Source of the DNA: a virus
DNA length: 64,000 nucleotides
Virus record (IMG/VR): IMGVR_UViG_3300017589_000061
Location: 1-64,000 of that record
Direction: 5' to 3' (one strand)
Shown: piece by piece, positions 1 through 10,740 of the stretch
Numbering within the stretch: the stretch's first letter is position 1
Layout: every line of letters starts with the position of its first letter
Translations under genes and position numbers: made by a program
Notes under the pieces: generated by a model
The model's input: only the letters and a program-made list of their open reading frames with translations
Databases searched by the model: none
Told to the model about the DNA's origin: nothing

Positions 1-94
1 TCACGATGGACACCCTTGTCTTTGGCTAATGGTTGCTACTACCAAGCCCCATAACGGACTTTCACCGTCAAGCTGTCGCCCATGCTGGGCACAC
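1..94 (-). mobile_element. 5' end of a group IIC intron (continues beyond the left edge)
   Basis: Minus strand reads GTGTGCCCAGCATGGG...GGTGAAAGTCC...GTAGCAACCATTAGCCAAAGACAAGGGTGTCCATCGTGA, matching the domain I start of class C introns. It begins 4 nt after a terminator hairpin, the typical IIC target. Confidence 0.88.
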
Positions 95-121
95 TAAAAG
101 GGCAGTTGATAAAACTGCCCT
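95..121 (-). terminator. Rho-independent terminator and intron insertion hairpin
   Basis: AGGGCAGTT-ttatc-AACTGCCCT-TTTA downstream of 143..778. Confidence 0.85.
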
Positions 122-142
122 AAAAATTTATTATTTATTTAA

Positions 143-778
143 TTATTTATATGTTCCATATTCTACTTCAGTTCCAATTCTATTTTTCATTACTTGGAAT
201 ATATTTTGACCACCTAGCATTGATTCTACATAATCATAATTAAAACATAATAATAATTTATCGGTATTATAATAAGATTCATTTCCAAAAATTTCTTCTA
301 TTTTTTTACTTCCAAATAATAAAAGATTATCTTCTCCATAACTATATATTATATTTTTTATTTCATCAAATGTTAAATCACCATTATATACAAAATGTCT
401 TATTTTAGTTCCATTTGCTTCATCTGTAGAAAATCGAAAGTCGAACATCTTCATAAAATCTTCATAAGTAATTTCAATTTCGTTCATATTATTCACTTCC
501 TGTTTATTACTTTTATCTACTATACTAGCTGTCATAGTATCTTGATTCCATTGAACTTCTTTATCAACAGCTTCAGCAACAGCCCTCATAGGTAAATATG
601 TCGTTCCATTGTATAAAATATTATTCGCATTTAGATTTTCACCATTTACTTCAACTTTAACAGTATTTAATACAACATCTATTTTTTGTATAATTGTATT
701 TGCTAAAACTGGCATAGTAGTCATTAACATGCAACCAATTATAAAACCTATAAATATATCTTTTATTCTCTTTTTCAT
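143..778 (-). CDS. Secreted protein with copper-amine-oxidase N-terminal-like (stalk) domain; moron
   Basis: Signal peptide followed by VNG...YNGTTYLPMRAVAEA...VQWNQDT motif; has its own promoter and terminator. Confidence 0.75.
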   Translation of the reverse strand: MKKRIKDIFIGFIIGCMLMTTMPVLANTIIQKIDVVLNTVKVEVNGENLNANNILYNGTTYLPMRAVAEAVDKEVQWNQDTMTASIVDKSNKQEVNNMNEIEITYEDFMKMFDFRFSTDEANGTKIRHFVYNGDLTFDEIKNIIYSYGEDNLLLFGSKKIEEIFGNESYYNTDKLLLCFNYDYVESMLGGQNIFQVMKNRIGTEVEYGTYK

Positions 779-810
779 TTATAATACTCCTTTTAATTTA
801 TTCTAATTGT

Positions 811-840
811 ATTATACCACAATTTTACAAATATATTCAA
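811..840 (-). promoter_or_regulatory. SigmaA promoter of the moron
   Basis: TTGAAT-18-TATAAT with extended TG. Confidence 0.6.
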
Positions 841-855
841 GTATTATTTTTAATT

Positions 856-3693
856 TTATGCAAATTTAGCAACAACACTATCTTGTGTAGTTAATACATC
901 ATAGCCATTAAATTTTAAACTACTTCCTGTAATTGTTATAGGTGTCCATATCATGCCTTCGAGTTTTATGCCATTATCGCCACTAACAGTCAAAATGCCA
1001 TTAGTTCCAGACGATATAGAACCTCCACCTAAAAATTGTAATCTACTAGAATAATCTGTAGCAATTCGAATTACATTTCCGTTTATAACAGAACCGCTTA
1101 TTTCAGCACCAACAATATTTGGAGATATAACATAATCTAATCCTATTCTAGTGTAACCAATATTATCCTTAACAAGAGATAATTCATCATCAACATCATC
1201 TGCTAAATTAAAAGCACTATTAGCTAATGAATGAGCATTTTGAGCATTTAATAAGGCAGAATTCGCTGTACCTTGTGCCAAAGCTATTTTAGGGTCACTA
1301 CTCGCCCAAGAAATACTTCCACCATAGATAGTCATATTTCCAGCCCCATCAACTGTGAGTTTGTTAGCAACATTTAGTGTTCCATTCATGTTAACATTTC
1401 CCAATTGGTCAACTATAAAATTTGAATTAATATTAAGACTACCCTTTTTGATACTAACAGTACCATCTGTGTCTACTGTGAAAATGTTAGCTATATTAAA
1501 ACTACCACGTTTTATTGATACTTTACCTGTATCATCTACTGTAAAATTTCCTTGACCGATATTTATGCTCCCACCATTTAAACTACTACCTGTTATAGTT
1601 GAAGCATCTATGTTACCTTTGAATACTGCGTTGCCATTAGTGTCTAAATATATCATGTCGGTGAATGTAGTGCCAACTTTTTTTTGTATTTTAAATCCAT
1701 TTGTAGGATCAAGTAGGATTTTGTTTAAGCCCTTTTCAATTGTAAAAGAGCTATTTTTTAAAGTTGCTCCATTTGCATCGACCTGAAACGTATTAGACGA
1801 ATTCGCAATTAATAACTGATTACCAATTAGCAAATTTCCCAAAATTACATTTCCCGAAATCCCATACGATTTACTACCATCTGGGAGCGAAATTTCACCC
1901 ACAGCCATTTCAGCAGAATTCCAAGAATCTTTTGTGAACATCAATTTATTGTTTATAAATTTCCATTGTTTGTCGTCATAGCCACCAATATCTACTTTCT
2001 TTCTACCATACAAGCCCGTACTATCAAAGATTATTTCTTGATTTGTAGCTGATTTTATTTCTGTTAAATCTAAATCTAAGCCATATCGTATTATATTATT
2101 TAATCTATCTTTAGCACCTGAATTTACATATTCTCCCCATGAAATCGAACTACCAACTACCGTATTAGATACGTTAGACAATTGGTTGGCTAAATAGTCC
2201 TCATAAGACATAGCACTATCTTTATATCTTAAATCTTCACCAAATAAAAATTGAATATCATCCTCATTATCTAAATTAATGTCTAACCCAAGCAACATAG
2301 GATAAGCAATTCCATTTGATTCAGTTTCGATGTTTAACATTGTACACCACCGTAACTGTTGCGTGAAAAGTTTATATTCTTCAAGCGTTATAAAGTTTAT
2401 TAAGTCTATTGAAAATTTATATCTCATTTTTGAAGCTGTATCTAAATATCTTTTATATTTATCATATAAATCTTGTGCAGTATTTTGAATATCTAAATCT
2501 GTATCAATATCATTTTTAGTAAAATTTTCATCGGTTACGGATATGTTTATTATAAATGGTTCTAATTCCAAAAGTTCAGATTGTATAAAATAATTCTTTA
2601 AACTAACTAAATTTTGAATACCTTCTAATAATAAATCTATATTATCAATTTCTACTTGTTTATTTTTTATAGCTGTTTGTTTATTATTAATCTCATTTTG
2701 TTTATTTTTAACATTAGTATTAGCTACTACTGCATTTAATCCTGATTCTAATAACGCATCTCTAACTTCTGTCAATGAACGTAACTGCCCTTGCAATTCT
2801 ACTAAATCAACTTCTAAATTAATTCTTTCTTGTAATTTAGCCTTTCTTTGTGTTAAATAATTAGAATAATCTATTTGCTTTGTATTAATTAAGTTTTGCC
2901 AACTATTAATTTTATCAATTAATTCTTGTGACATAAATTCAGTTGTAGTAAAATGTTGGAAATTATATATAGTATTTCCAAGTGGATTCACTAAATTAAT
3001 AGCAAGATTATTTGCCCCTTGAACTGTAATTGACGTAATTAAATTTTCAGTATCTTCAGTAATATTTAATTCATTAACTAAATTATCAAAAGACAAATAT
3101 ACATCCGATGTTTGTGGTATTTCTTCAAATGATTTGATATTTATTTTTTGTTCCAATGTATTAAATTCCCAGACACATTCAAATGTATTAGATATATCTT
3201 CTTGAATTAATTGTAGAAGTGGTCGATTTTCTAAATCAAACGTTCTGTAGGTGTTCCACAAATTTGGAGAAACACTTTCTAATGTCCAATTAGGCAAAAA
3301 ATCCATTACTTTTTTTACAACAGTTTCATCAGTTGATATCGGTGAATAGAATTTTATTGTCCCTTCAAATAATGGTACGACTTTTCTGTTTATATCTATC
3401 TCTAAACTTCTGCACGTAACTTCTTTATATTTTCTTAAACCGTCATTTGATTCTAATGGTTTTTCGATTATGAATTTCATCAAATCTTGTACCAAAATTC
3501 TACGCCAAGAAGTAATCTGGTCATAATATGGACATTCATCTTCATATATTTTAAAAGATAATGTTGAAACAGAATTAAATCTTGCTGAAAACATTCCATC
3601 ATGTAAATTGTTTAAAACACCAATTTTATCACCATTGATATTTTCAAGGAAGATTAGTTTTTTATCTAAATTTAATAATTCTCTTAAATCCAT
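856..3693 (-). CDS. Tail tip/spike protein (Tal-like N-terminus, coiled coil, beta-helix repeats)
   Basis: Follows Dit and TMP; C-terminal GxFxVDxxG repeats. Confidence 0.75.
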   Translation of the reverse strand: MDLRELLNLDKKLIFLENINGDKIGVLNNLHDGMFSARFNSVSTLSFKIYEDECPYYDQITSWRRILVQDLMKFIIEKPLESNDGLRKYKEVTCRSLEIDINRKVVPLFEGTIKFYSPISTDETVVKKVMDFLPNWTLESVSPNLWNTYRTFDLENRPLLQLIQEDISNTFECVWEFNTLEQKINIKSFEEIPQTSDVYLSFDNLVNELNITEDTENLITSITVQGANNLAINLVNPLGNTIYNFQHFTTTEFMSQELIDKINSWQNLINTKQIDYSNYLTQRKAKLQERINLEVDLVELQGQLRSLTEVRDALLESGLNAVVANTNVKNKQNEINNKQTAIKNKQVEIDNIDLLLEGIQNLVSLKNYFIQSELLELEPFIINISVTDENFTKNDIDTDLDIQNTAQDLYDKYKRYLDTASKMRYKFSIDLINFITLEEYKLFTQQLRWCTMLNIETESNGIAYPMLLGLDINLDNEDDIQFLFGEDLRYKDSAMSYEDYLANQLSNVSNTVVGSSISWGEYVNSGAKDRLNNIIRYGLDLDLTEIKSATNQEIIFDSTGLYGRKKVDIGGYDDKQWKFINNKLMFTKDSWNSAEMAVGEISLPDGSKSYGISGNVILGNLLIGNQLLIANSSNTFQVDANGATLKNSSFTIEKGLNKILLDPTNGFKIQKKVGTTFTDMIYLDTNGNAVFKGNIDASTITGSSLNGGSINIGQGNFTVDDTGKVSIKRGSFNIANIFTVDTDGTVSIKKGSLNINSNFIVDQLGNVNMNGTLNVANKLTVDGAGNMTIYGGSISWASSDPKIALAQGTANSALLNAQNAHSLANSAFNLADDVDDELSLVKDNIGYTRIGLDYVISPNIVGAEISGSVINGNVIRIATDYSSRLQFLGGGSISSGTNGILTVSGDNGIKLEGMIWTPITITGSSLKFNGYDVLTTQDSVVAKFA

Positions 3694-4509
3694 CTAATCA
3701 CCAAACTTTCTTGCAGTTTTATAGAAAATTTTAAATTCTGATATGTCACCTGTTATTTTAAAGTTATTTACGCCACGTGGTATTTTCATAAAATTTGGGT
3801 ATGTAAATAAATCTAATACGCCATTTGTCCTCATATTTGAAGTTATAATTCCATGTTCTGTATCAATTCGCAAAACTTCATCATTAAATAATCCAGTAAA
3901 TTCCACTATGTTTAATCTATCATCTTCATATTGATTGTTAACTATTTTAATAGTTCTACCATCGGAATCTAATCCCATTAACCCATATAAAGCAGAACAT
4001 TTAATTTCATATATTGGACTCATTACATCCTCTGATGAAAGATTGTGAAATTTAGCTATATAAGGTGTAGAAGTTATATTATAAATTCTTGGTTTTTCAT
4101 CCTTCCACGCATAAATTGAATCACATTCCATGATACAATTAAATACGTGTGGCTTATTATAATAGCTTTTAACACTTAGTTTTTGTAATCTACAGTTATA
4201 ATAATATCCTTGCATATCTTCTTGATTGATTCTTAGTTTTCTAAACTGTCCGTCAGTCCTAAATAACCATCGTTCTATACTATCTATTTGATTTCTTGTC
4301 AGTGGAGTTTCAGAAAATATTGACACGGCTAACATTAACGGTTCATCTATTCTTTGTTTTGTCGCATAAAATTTACTTCTTCTTGGTGTTTTTATTAATT
4401 CTGATTTATATTCAGATACATTAATTGTATCTTCTGAATCTGCAATTTTTAAATTAAATCTTTTAGATGAAACATTATCAAAACTAAAAGTTTCTCCGTA
4501 AAAAGCCAT
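3694..4509 (-). CDS. Distal tail protein (Dit)
   Basis: Immediately after TMP; F.FDNVSSKRFNL start and PRGVNNFKI end typical of Dit. Confidence 0.75.
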   Translation of the reverse strand: MAFYGETFSFDNVSSKRFNLKIADSEDTINVSEYKSELIKTPRRSKFYATKQRIDEPLMLAVSIFSETPLTRNQIDSIERWLFRTDGQFRKLRINQEDMQGYYYNCRLQKLSVKSYYNKPHVFNCIMECDSIYAWKDEKPRIYNITSTPYIAKFHNLSSEDVMSPIYEIKCSALYGLMGLDSDGRTIKIVNNQYEDDRLNIVEFTGLFNDEVLRIDTEHGIITSNMRTNGVLDLFTYPNFMKIPRGVNNFKITGDISEFKIFYKTARKFGD

Positions 4510-4535
4510 TCAATCACTCCTTTCTTAGTTATATT

Positions 4536-4558
4536 AAAAGGGACATTTTATTGCCCCT
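4536..4558 (-). terminator. Hairpin/terminator after TMP
   Basis: AGGGGCA-loop-TGTCCCT-TTT on the minus strand. Confidence 0.5.
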
Positions 4559-4565
4559 TAGTTTA

Positions 4566-7500
4566 TTAAACAAATTTTGGTTTCTTTTTAAATCCAGTAT
4601 TATTTCTGGCAGTTTCAAGTTTACTTATTACTGTATCTGCTAATTTATTTATTTGTTTTTCAAACGCTTTAACTGTATCAGAATCAGCGTTGCCTTCAAT
4701 TACAATCGGCATACTAATAGTTACATTGCTGTTAGAATTATTAGTTATCATATCCATAACTTTATTAGCTTGTGGTGGTGTTATTACTAATTCACCTTTT
4801 AATAATTTAGCTAATTCTTCGGTAGATTTTGTCGCATATCCACTTCCACCTACAACTCCACCATCATGATAAACACGTAATTTCTTTTCTTTATCATAAA
4901 ACCATGCTCCAAGAGCAGAATCGTATGTTAATCCTAACGCTTTACCTAATTTCTGATTTTCTTCAGCTATTTGTTGTTTCCCTTGTGAATCAGCTTTAGT
5001 CCATCGTTCTGAATTAGATTGCATTTTAGCTATTGATTGTTCTCTATTCACATTTCCAGTTCCTGCACCAATTTTTTCAGCATAATCACCTGTGCTTAAT
5101 TTTTCAATTTCTTTTAAACTTTCTTGTGTATTTAATAATTCAGCAGAAATTTCTTTTAAAGTTCCAAGCAATCCTTGTTGTTTACTATCAAAATTATCAA
5201 CTGCTTCACCAGCTATATCCCAAGCATTAGAAACTTCTTCAATTGTGAATGTACCGTATTCTTTTGCGTGAGCGATTAATTGATTCTTTAATTTTTCCCC
5301 ACTTTTTTCAATACGTTTGTCTGCTAATTCTCGCATTGTTACTTCATTAGATAATGTGTCGTCAAGTTCTGATATTTCTTCTTCTAGTTTTGACTTTTGA
5401 ATTTCTAATTCTTCGTCTAATGATTTTTCTGCAAGTTCTATTGAATGGTCATATTGATAATCGGCTAAATCTGTTTTCGCATCCGTCAATTCTTGTTCTA
5501 ATTGCTTGCGTTTTGCAATTGCAGTTTCATCGTTTTTAATTAGTGCAAGTTGATTTTCTAAATCTGCTACTAAGGAAGATTTTTCTGTCAAACCTTTGTC
5601 GTAATTACGAGAATCTTGTTCGTCTTTTAATGCTTGTTTTTTTGCGTTGAATACTTTTTCAATACCATCAATTTCACTCTGAATAGATTCTTTTTGGGCA
5701 TCTAATTCATCTTTAATCATTTGCATTGTATAATCATGCAAAGATTCTATTGCAGATTTTTGATTTTCTAATGATTCAATTTGTTTGTTGTACATTGCAA
5801 TTTGTGATGATTGCATATTTTCTATTATGCTATATCGCTCTTTGACTGTATCATAATAAGTTTCAATTAGAGACTCGGCTTCAGCTTTGGCTTGATTAGT
5901 CCCGATTTTCTGTAATCTAGCAATTTCATTTTGAAGGAGAGTTTCTTGTTCAATTTTATTGTCATATTTCTGTTTTTCTAAATCAAAATAATCCTGAGAA
6001 TCATCTTTAACTAATTGCTGTTTTAACTCAATTTGTACGTTACCATCTGCTAAATTCTTGTTGGCTTTATTGTAGGCATCAGATGATAAATCTAAGATTT
6101 TATTTGAATAGTCGATATATTGAGTTTTTAAATTTTGGATGTATTCTGCATTTCCAATTAAGTCGAGCTCTCTTGCTTTTTCTGCTAAAGCATGAACTTC
6201 TGATTGCATTTGCTCGTAGATTGCGATTTGCTTGGATGTGGAATCTTCGCCCCCGTTAAAATCGAGAAGGGAAATTTCGAACTCTTTGTCTGAAATTCGT
6301 TTCTCAAATGCTTCGTAGAGTTTTTCAATTTCGGATAATTCTTCTTCTACTGCTTTGCTCGCAGAGGATGATTTGGAATCACTAAAATCAAATGTAACTG
6401 GTTTATATACTTTGTTGAAAATTTCATCTAATTTGAATTGTGAATCCTTTACATCATTGTAAGCTTTAGTAAAATCATTATCTTTGCCAAATATACCACC
6501 TGTTCCACCAGAACCAAGTCTAGGGTCAACCGTATCTTTTAATTGACCTGTAAAAGCATCAAAATAATCTGCCCAGCCACCAGCTAATTGTGATAATATT
6601 TTTGTTGTTAATTTTACTTTTGCATCTTCAAGATTTTTATAATTGTCAAAATCGTCTGTATAATCTAGTCCTAAATCATTGAAAAATTCAGCCGTATTGT
6701 TTCTTAGGTTATTGTAAAGATTTGTATCACCTTTAATTTTTTCGCTATAAAAATCGTCTGAAGCACTCAATATTTCATTGTAGCCATTTTGATAATCATT
6801 CTTATAATTAGTTATACTTTCGCCAAGTTTTTCACGTAGGGCAATTTCATCGTTTAGGTATGGAATAAATTCTTCGGATATTCCTAGTAATTCTTCCATA
6901 TCGGATGCTGATAAACTGTCTGTATCTAAATTGGATAAGATATTTTGAAGTGATTCGATTTTTGAACGTGTTCCGCTTAGACTAGCTAAAGATTCTTCAA
7001 ATGATGTTACAGCTTCAGTTGCTTGGTCTGCCGCACTTGCTATCTGATTTAAATTCTCTTGTAAATAATTTTTACCAGAATCGGAATTTAATATTAAATC
7101 AATTAACTCTTGTGTCGCTATTGTTCCATTTTTAACACCATCAACATATTTAATTAAAGTATTTTCATCTAATTCAGAAAAAGCTTTTCTGACTGCATCA
7201 GCTTGTTCGTTTGATAATTTACCCCACTCTTTAGTGTCTACTATTGTGGTAATAAATTTATCAGAAATATTAGTTAATGATTTATCAATACTAATTCTTG
7301 ATTTTTCTATTTCGCTACCAAGAGTTTCACCAGCTTGTAGTCCAAGCATATTATTTAAATTTATTCTTTGTTGTTGCTCTTGTCTTGATAAACCATCAGT
7401 GTTAAATTTTTTATTTAAATCTTGTAATTTAATTAATTGTTTTAATCTTTTACTTTCATTTTCGTATTCGTCAAGAGAATAATCTACAACTTTTTTAGAA

Positions 7501-10196
7501 GCTAAATTTAATTTTTCACGCTCTAATTCTAATGATTTTTCTTGTAAACCAACTAATTCACTTAAATTAGATTTTTCTTTATCGGTTTCTATATTAAAAT
7601 TACCAAGTTCATTATAATAACCTTTTAAGTTTGGTAATAGTTCTTTTAGTTGATTCTGTGTTTCAATTAATTCTTGAATTTGTTCGGGTTTTTTGTTTTT
7701 CGTACCCGATAATTTCTCAAAATTATTTGCTAATTTATTTAAATCATCATTAGCTTTTGATAATTCTTTTAAGCTGTCTGATAAAACTTTCACTTCTTTT
7801 TCTGCTCGTTCTGATTGGGTAGCTAAATAATTAATTCCATAACCAATAGCCATTACAGTAGCGACAACAATTCCACCTGTTAATAATTTGCCTGCCAAAG
7901 TTAAAGAAGTTACAGCTTTGCCAGCTATAGTAGCGGTAGTAGAAACCTTAACAAATCCTTCTACTAATTTTAAAAGTGAATCTGTTTTTAAAATTGCTCT
8001 AAAAGAAATAAAAGATAAAATTAAACCACCTAAAATTACTTGAAGCCCCCCACAAGCATCTGTTAATTTTACTATCCAAGTAACTGTATCAATTAAACTT
8101 TTTACAAAATCTGAATCCATTGAACTTGTTGCTAGTGATTGCCATGCAGATTCTAATCTTGCTAAGTGACCAGATATAGAATTAAAGTATGCCTCTTGCT
8201 CTTGTGCATAACTTCCTGCTGAATTCATAGCTGATTCAGTAGCTTTTTCAACTTTATTCCAATTTTGTATTAAAGCTTGAAATACTGACCTTTGACGTTT
8301 TCCTGCTAAAATCTCACCTAATGCACTCTTATCTATTGAGTCTAAATTATCATAAACTTTAGCAATATCATCTAATATTTCATATGTATTTCTTAGTTGA
8401 CCATTTGCATCCCTTACATCAACCCCAGCAATTTTACGTAAAGCCTCATCAACCTTCGATAAGTTTTCAGGATCTTCTTCAAATGCATTTGTTACGCCTT
8501 GTATACGCTGAGTGATAATCAGTAAGCCACTGCTTGATTTTTCAATGTTCTGAATGATTTCATTAGCACCAGTGACTAATCCTGCTAATTGCGATACGGA
8601 CGTGCCAGCTTGATTATAAACAGCGGAAGTTCTAGTGAATGCTTCTGCTAAGTCTGAAAATGTGATGGCTGACGTATTCGAAACCTCGTTCAAAATATTT
8701 ACTGTACGTTCGGCAAATTCAACACTTTCATCTCCGAAACCTTTCATAGTTGAAATTAAAACATTAGCATTTCTTTCTACGTCGTTCATGTTATCTCCAA
8801 CATTCTTCATAGAAAGAGCGAGGCTGGAAAAATCCATTGCTTCATCTAAATCTGCAAATCCAGCTTTTACTATTGTTCCAGTCGCATCAATCATGTCACG
8901 ACCTGTACGTGATATTGCTTCCCCCATTGAATACGCTTTAGATACAAACTTATCCATTTCATCGGTTGAAAGGTTTAGTATTTTGTTTACCTCTAAAATA
9001 CTGTCATCAAGTGCTTTAATTTCTGTAGCTACTTCTCGAATTAACCTTTTACCCGTTTGTAAAACGTCGTAGAATGAATAAAAACTTAGAAATCTTTTAA
9101 ACCTGCTTGAGAGTGTTGACGTACTTGCACTCGCTTTGCGTGCTTCCGTCTCAAATTGCTTCATTTCTGGTGAAAGTTTCTTCATTTGAAGATTAAAGTC
9201 TTGAGATGAAATTGCCCCACTTTTTAAATTACTTTCTAATGTATCTAAACTATTGTTAAGTTTATCGTACTGATTTTCATCATATTTGCCATTTTTAGCT
9301 ATAATATCGTTTAAATTCTGTCTAGCATTGTTAATTTTTATTTGTGCTTCTTCTTGTAATTTTTGAATATTCAAGCTATCTTTTTCTAATGCTAATTTTT
9401 GTTTTAAACTATCTACTATTTGATTTATTTCATTTCTCTGATTATCATATAAACTTTCGCCAGTTGTTGACAATCCACCTAATACGCTTCTTAGATTTTC
9501 AATTTCAGGAGTGTAATTGCCTGTATTAATACCTTTAGTTGTAGATAAAGTGTTTATTTGTCTTTCTAAGTCTAATAACTGTTTTCGTTTTTGATATATA
9601 AAATCAACTTTATCTTCTTCTTCTTTTAGAGTATTTTCTTTTATTTTTTGATATTCTTTTTCTAAATTTATTACATCTTTATAATAACTATCGACTTCTT
9701 TTTTTAATTGCTTAAAGTCATCCACGCTATCACTTGTATCTAAAAGTTTTAAATTATCATAAAAATCATCAACAGCTTGAGTTTCTTTGAATACTGAAGG
9801 TATATTATCTAATGTGTTTCTTATTTCCTTGGCTAATTCAGCTTGTTTTTCTAAGGATTTTTCTTGTTTTTCTAAATCAATAGTAGGAGTTACTTTATAA
9901 CTTGTTTCCCCAGTTAATTTATTTAATCTCTTGACAATTTCTATTGTTTTACCAAGATTATCTTTTAATTTTGTGGTAGTGCTTATCCATTCATCATCGA
10001 TTCTTGTTTCACTAAATGTCTTTTTTAATTTATTAAATTGTTTCAGTAAACTATCTAAATCAAAATTAGCATCGATATCTAATTCTAAATTAGGTAATTT
10101 TTGTTTTAAAGTTGCCAGTTGAGCCTGTATATTTTTACCACTTCCATCAATATCAATTATGGCTTGGAGGACAACTTGTAAATCTTTATCATTCAC
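4566..10196 (-). CDS. Tail tape measure protein (TP901-type core)
   Basis: 1876 aa helical protein with TP901-like core (LDDSILEVNK...LAGKRQ) and C-terminal YHDGGVVGG. Confidence 0.92.
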   Translation of the reverse strand: MNDKDLQVVLQAIIDIDGSGKNIQAQLATLKQKLPNLELDIDANFDLDSLLKQFNKLKKTFSETRIDDEWISTTTKLKDNLGKTIEIVKRLNKLTGETSYKVTPTIDLEKQEKSLEKQAELAKEIRNTLDNIPSVFKETQAVDDFYDNLKLLDTSDSVDDFKQLKKEVDSYYKDVINLEKEYQKIKENTLKEEEDKVDFIYQKRKQLLDLERQINTLSTTKGINTGNYTPEIENLRSVLGGLSTTGESLYDNQRNEINQIVDSLKQKLALEKDSLNIQKLQEEAQIKINNARQNLNDIIAKNGKYDENQYDKLNNSLDTLESNLKSGAISSQDFNLQMKKLSPEMKQFETEARKASASTSTLSSRFKRFLSFYSFYDVLQTGKRLIREVATEIKALDDSILEVNKILNLSTDEMDKFVSKAYSMGEAISRTGRDMIDATGTIVKAGFADLDEAMDFSSLALSMKNVGDNMNDVERNANVLISTMKGFGDESVEFAERTVNILNEVSNTSAITFSDLAEAFTRTSAVYNQAGTSVSQLAGLVTGANEIIQNIEKSSSGLLIITQRIQGVTNAFEEDPENLSKVDEALRKIAGVDVRDANGQLRNTYEILDDIAKVYDNLDSIDKSALGEILAGKRQRSVFQALIQNWNKVEKATESAMNSAGSYAQEQEAYFNSISGHLARLESAWQSLATSSMDSDFVKSLIDTVTWIVKLTDACGGLQVILGGLILSFISFRAILKTDSLLKLVEGFVKVSTTATIAGKAVTSLTLAGKLLTGGIVVATVMAIGYGINYLATQSERAEKEVKVLSDSLKELSKANDDLNKLANNFEKLSGTKNKKPEQIQELIETQNQLKELLPNLKGYYNELGNFNIETDKEKSNLSELVGLQEKSLELEREKLNLASKKVVDYSLDEYENESKRLKQLIKLQDLNKKFNTDGLSRQEQQQRINLNNMLGLQAGETLGSEIEKSRISIDKSLTNISDKFITTIVDTKEWGKLSNEQADAVRKAFSELDENTLIKYVDGVKNGTIATQELIDLILNSDSGKNYLQENLNQIASAADQATEAVTSFEESLASLSGTRSKIESLQNILSNLDTDSLSASDMEELLGISEEFIPYLNDEIALREKLGESITNYKNDYQNGYNEILSASDDFYSEKIKGDTNLYNNLRNNTAEFFNDLGLDYTDDFDNYKNLEDAKVKLTTKILSQLAGGWADYFDAFTGQLKDTVDPRLGSGGTGGIFGKDNDFTKAYNDVKDSQFKLDEIFNKVYKPVTFDFSDSKSSSASKAVEEELSEIEKLYEAFEKRISDKEFEISLLDFNGGEDSTSKQIAIYEQMQSEVHALAEKARELDLIGNAEYIQNLKTQYIDYSNKILDLSSDAYNKANKNLADGNVQIELKQQLVKDDSQDYFDLEKQKYDNKIEQETLLQNEIARLQKIGTNQAKAEAESLIETYYDTVKERYSIIENMQSSQIAMYNKQIESLENQKSAIESLHDYTMQMIKDELDAQKESIQSEIDGIEKVFNAKKQALKDEQDSRNYDKGLTEKSSLVADLENQLALIKNDETAIAKRKQLEQELTDAKTDLADYQYDHSIELAEKSLDEELEIQKSKLEEEISELDDTLSNEVTMRELADKRIEKSGEKLKNQLIAHAKEYGTFTIEEVSNAWDIAGEAVDNFDSKQQGLLGTLKEISAELLNTQESLKEIEKLSTGDYAEKIGAGTGNVNREQSIAKMQSNSERWTKADSQGKQQIAEENQKLGKALGLTYDSALGAWFYDKEKKLRVYHDGGVVGGSGYATKSTEELAKLLKGELVITPPQANKVMDMITNNSNSNVTISMPIVIEGNADSDTVKAFEKQINKLADTVISKLETARNNTGFKKKPKFV

Positions 10197-10220
10197 GCTT
10201 TTAGCTCATCTCCTTTAATT

Positions 10221-10246
10221 AAAAAAGACACGCTTTGAACGTGTCG
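10221..10246 (-). terminator. Rho-independent terminator
   Basis: GACACGTTCAAAGCGTGTC followed by T6. Confidence 0.7.
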
Positions 10247-10738
10247 TTATTTTGTTTTAATCCCTAATTTATTTAATTCTTTTTTAAGTTCATATCTAAA
10301 ATTATCTTCCACCCACTCTTTTAAATTAATTATTCCTCCAACGGGTTCGTGGCTATAATAAGGGTTGTTAGTACCTTCTTCTAAAAATAAAGGTATTAGA
10401 TTTGCAGTAGAATTACCATCAAAATCTGCATGCTTATTCCATAAACCAGTAGTAGGTAAAATAATATATGGTTGTATATTGTCGGTGTTATAATGAATTA
10501 TCAAACTAACAACACCTGTTATTTTGTCAAGTTTTGCATTAATCTTTTCTATGCTTTCTAAATATTCATATGTTCTATCATACAATCCACTTTGATTAGA
10601 AACTCTTTCTTGCATTTGTTTATCCACAAAAGTTTTCATATGTTGTAACGCAGTGTTTCCAACTCTATCCATAGCCTTGATTAGTTTATCGTTCAAATAA
10701 GCCTGTAGTTCTTTTTTATTTCTTACGAAAATAGGCAT
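10247..10738 (-). CDS. Putative tail completion/neck protein
   Basis: Position; YDRTYEYLES motif seen in HK97 gp10-like proteins. Confidence 0.45.
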   Translation of the reverse strand: MPIFVRNKKELQAYLNDKLIKAMDRVGNTALQHMKTFVDKQMQERVSNQSGLYDRTYEYLESIEKINAKLDKITGVVSLIIHYNTDNIQPYIILPTTGLWNKHADFDGNSTANLIPLFLEEGTNNPYYSHEPVGGIINLKEWVEDNFRYELKKELNKLGIKTK

Positions 10739-10740
10739 TT

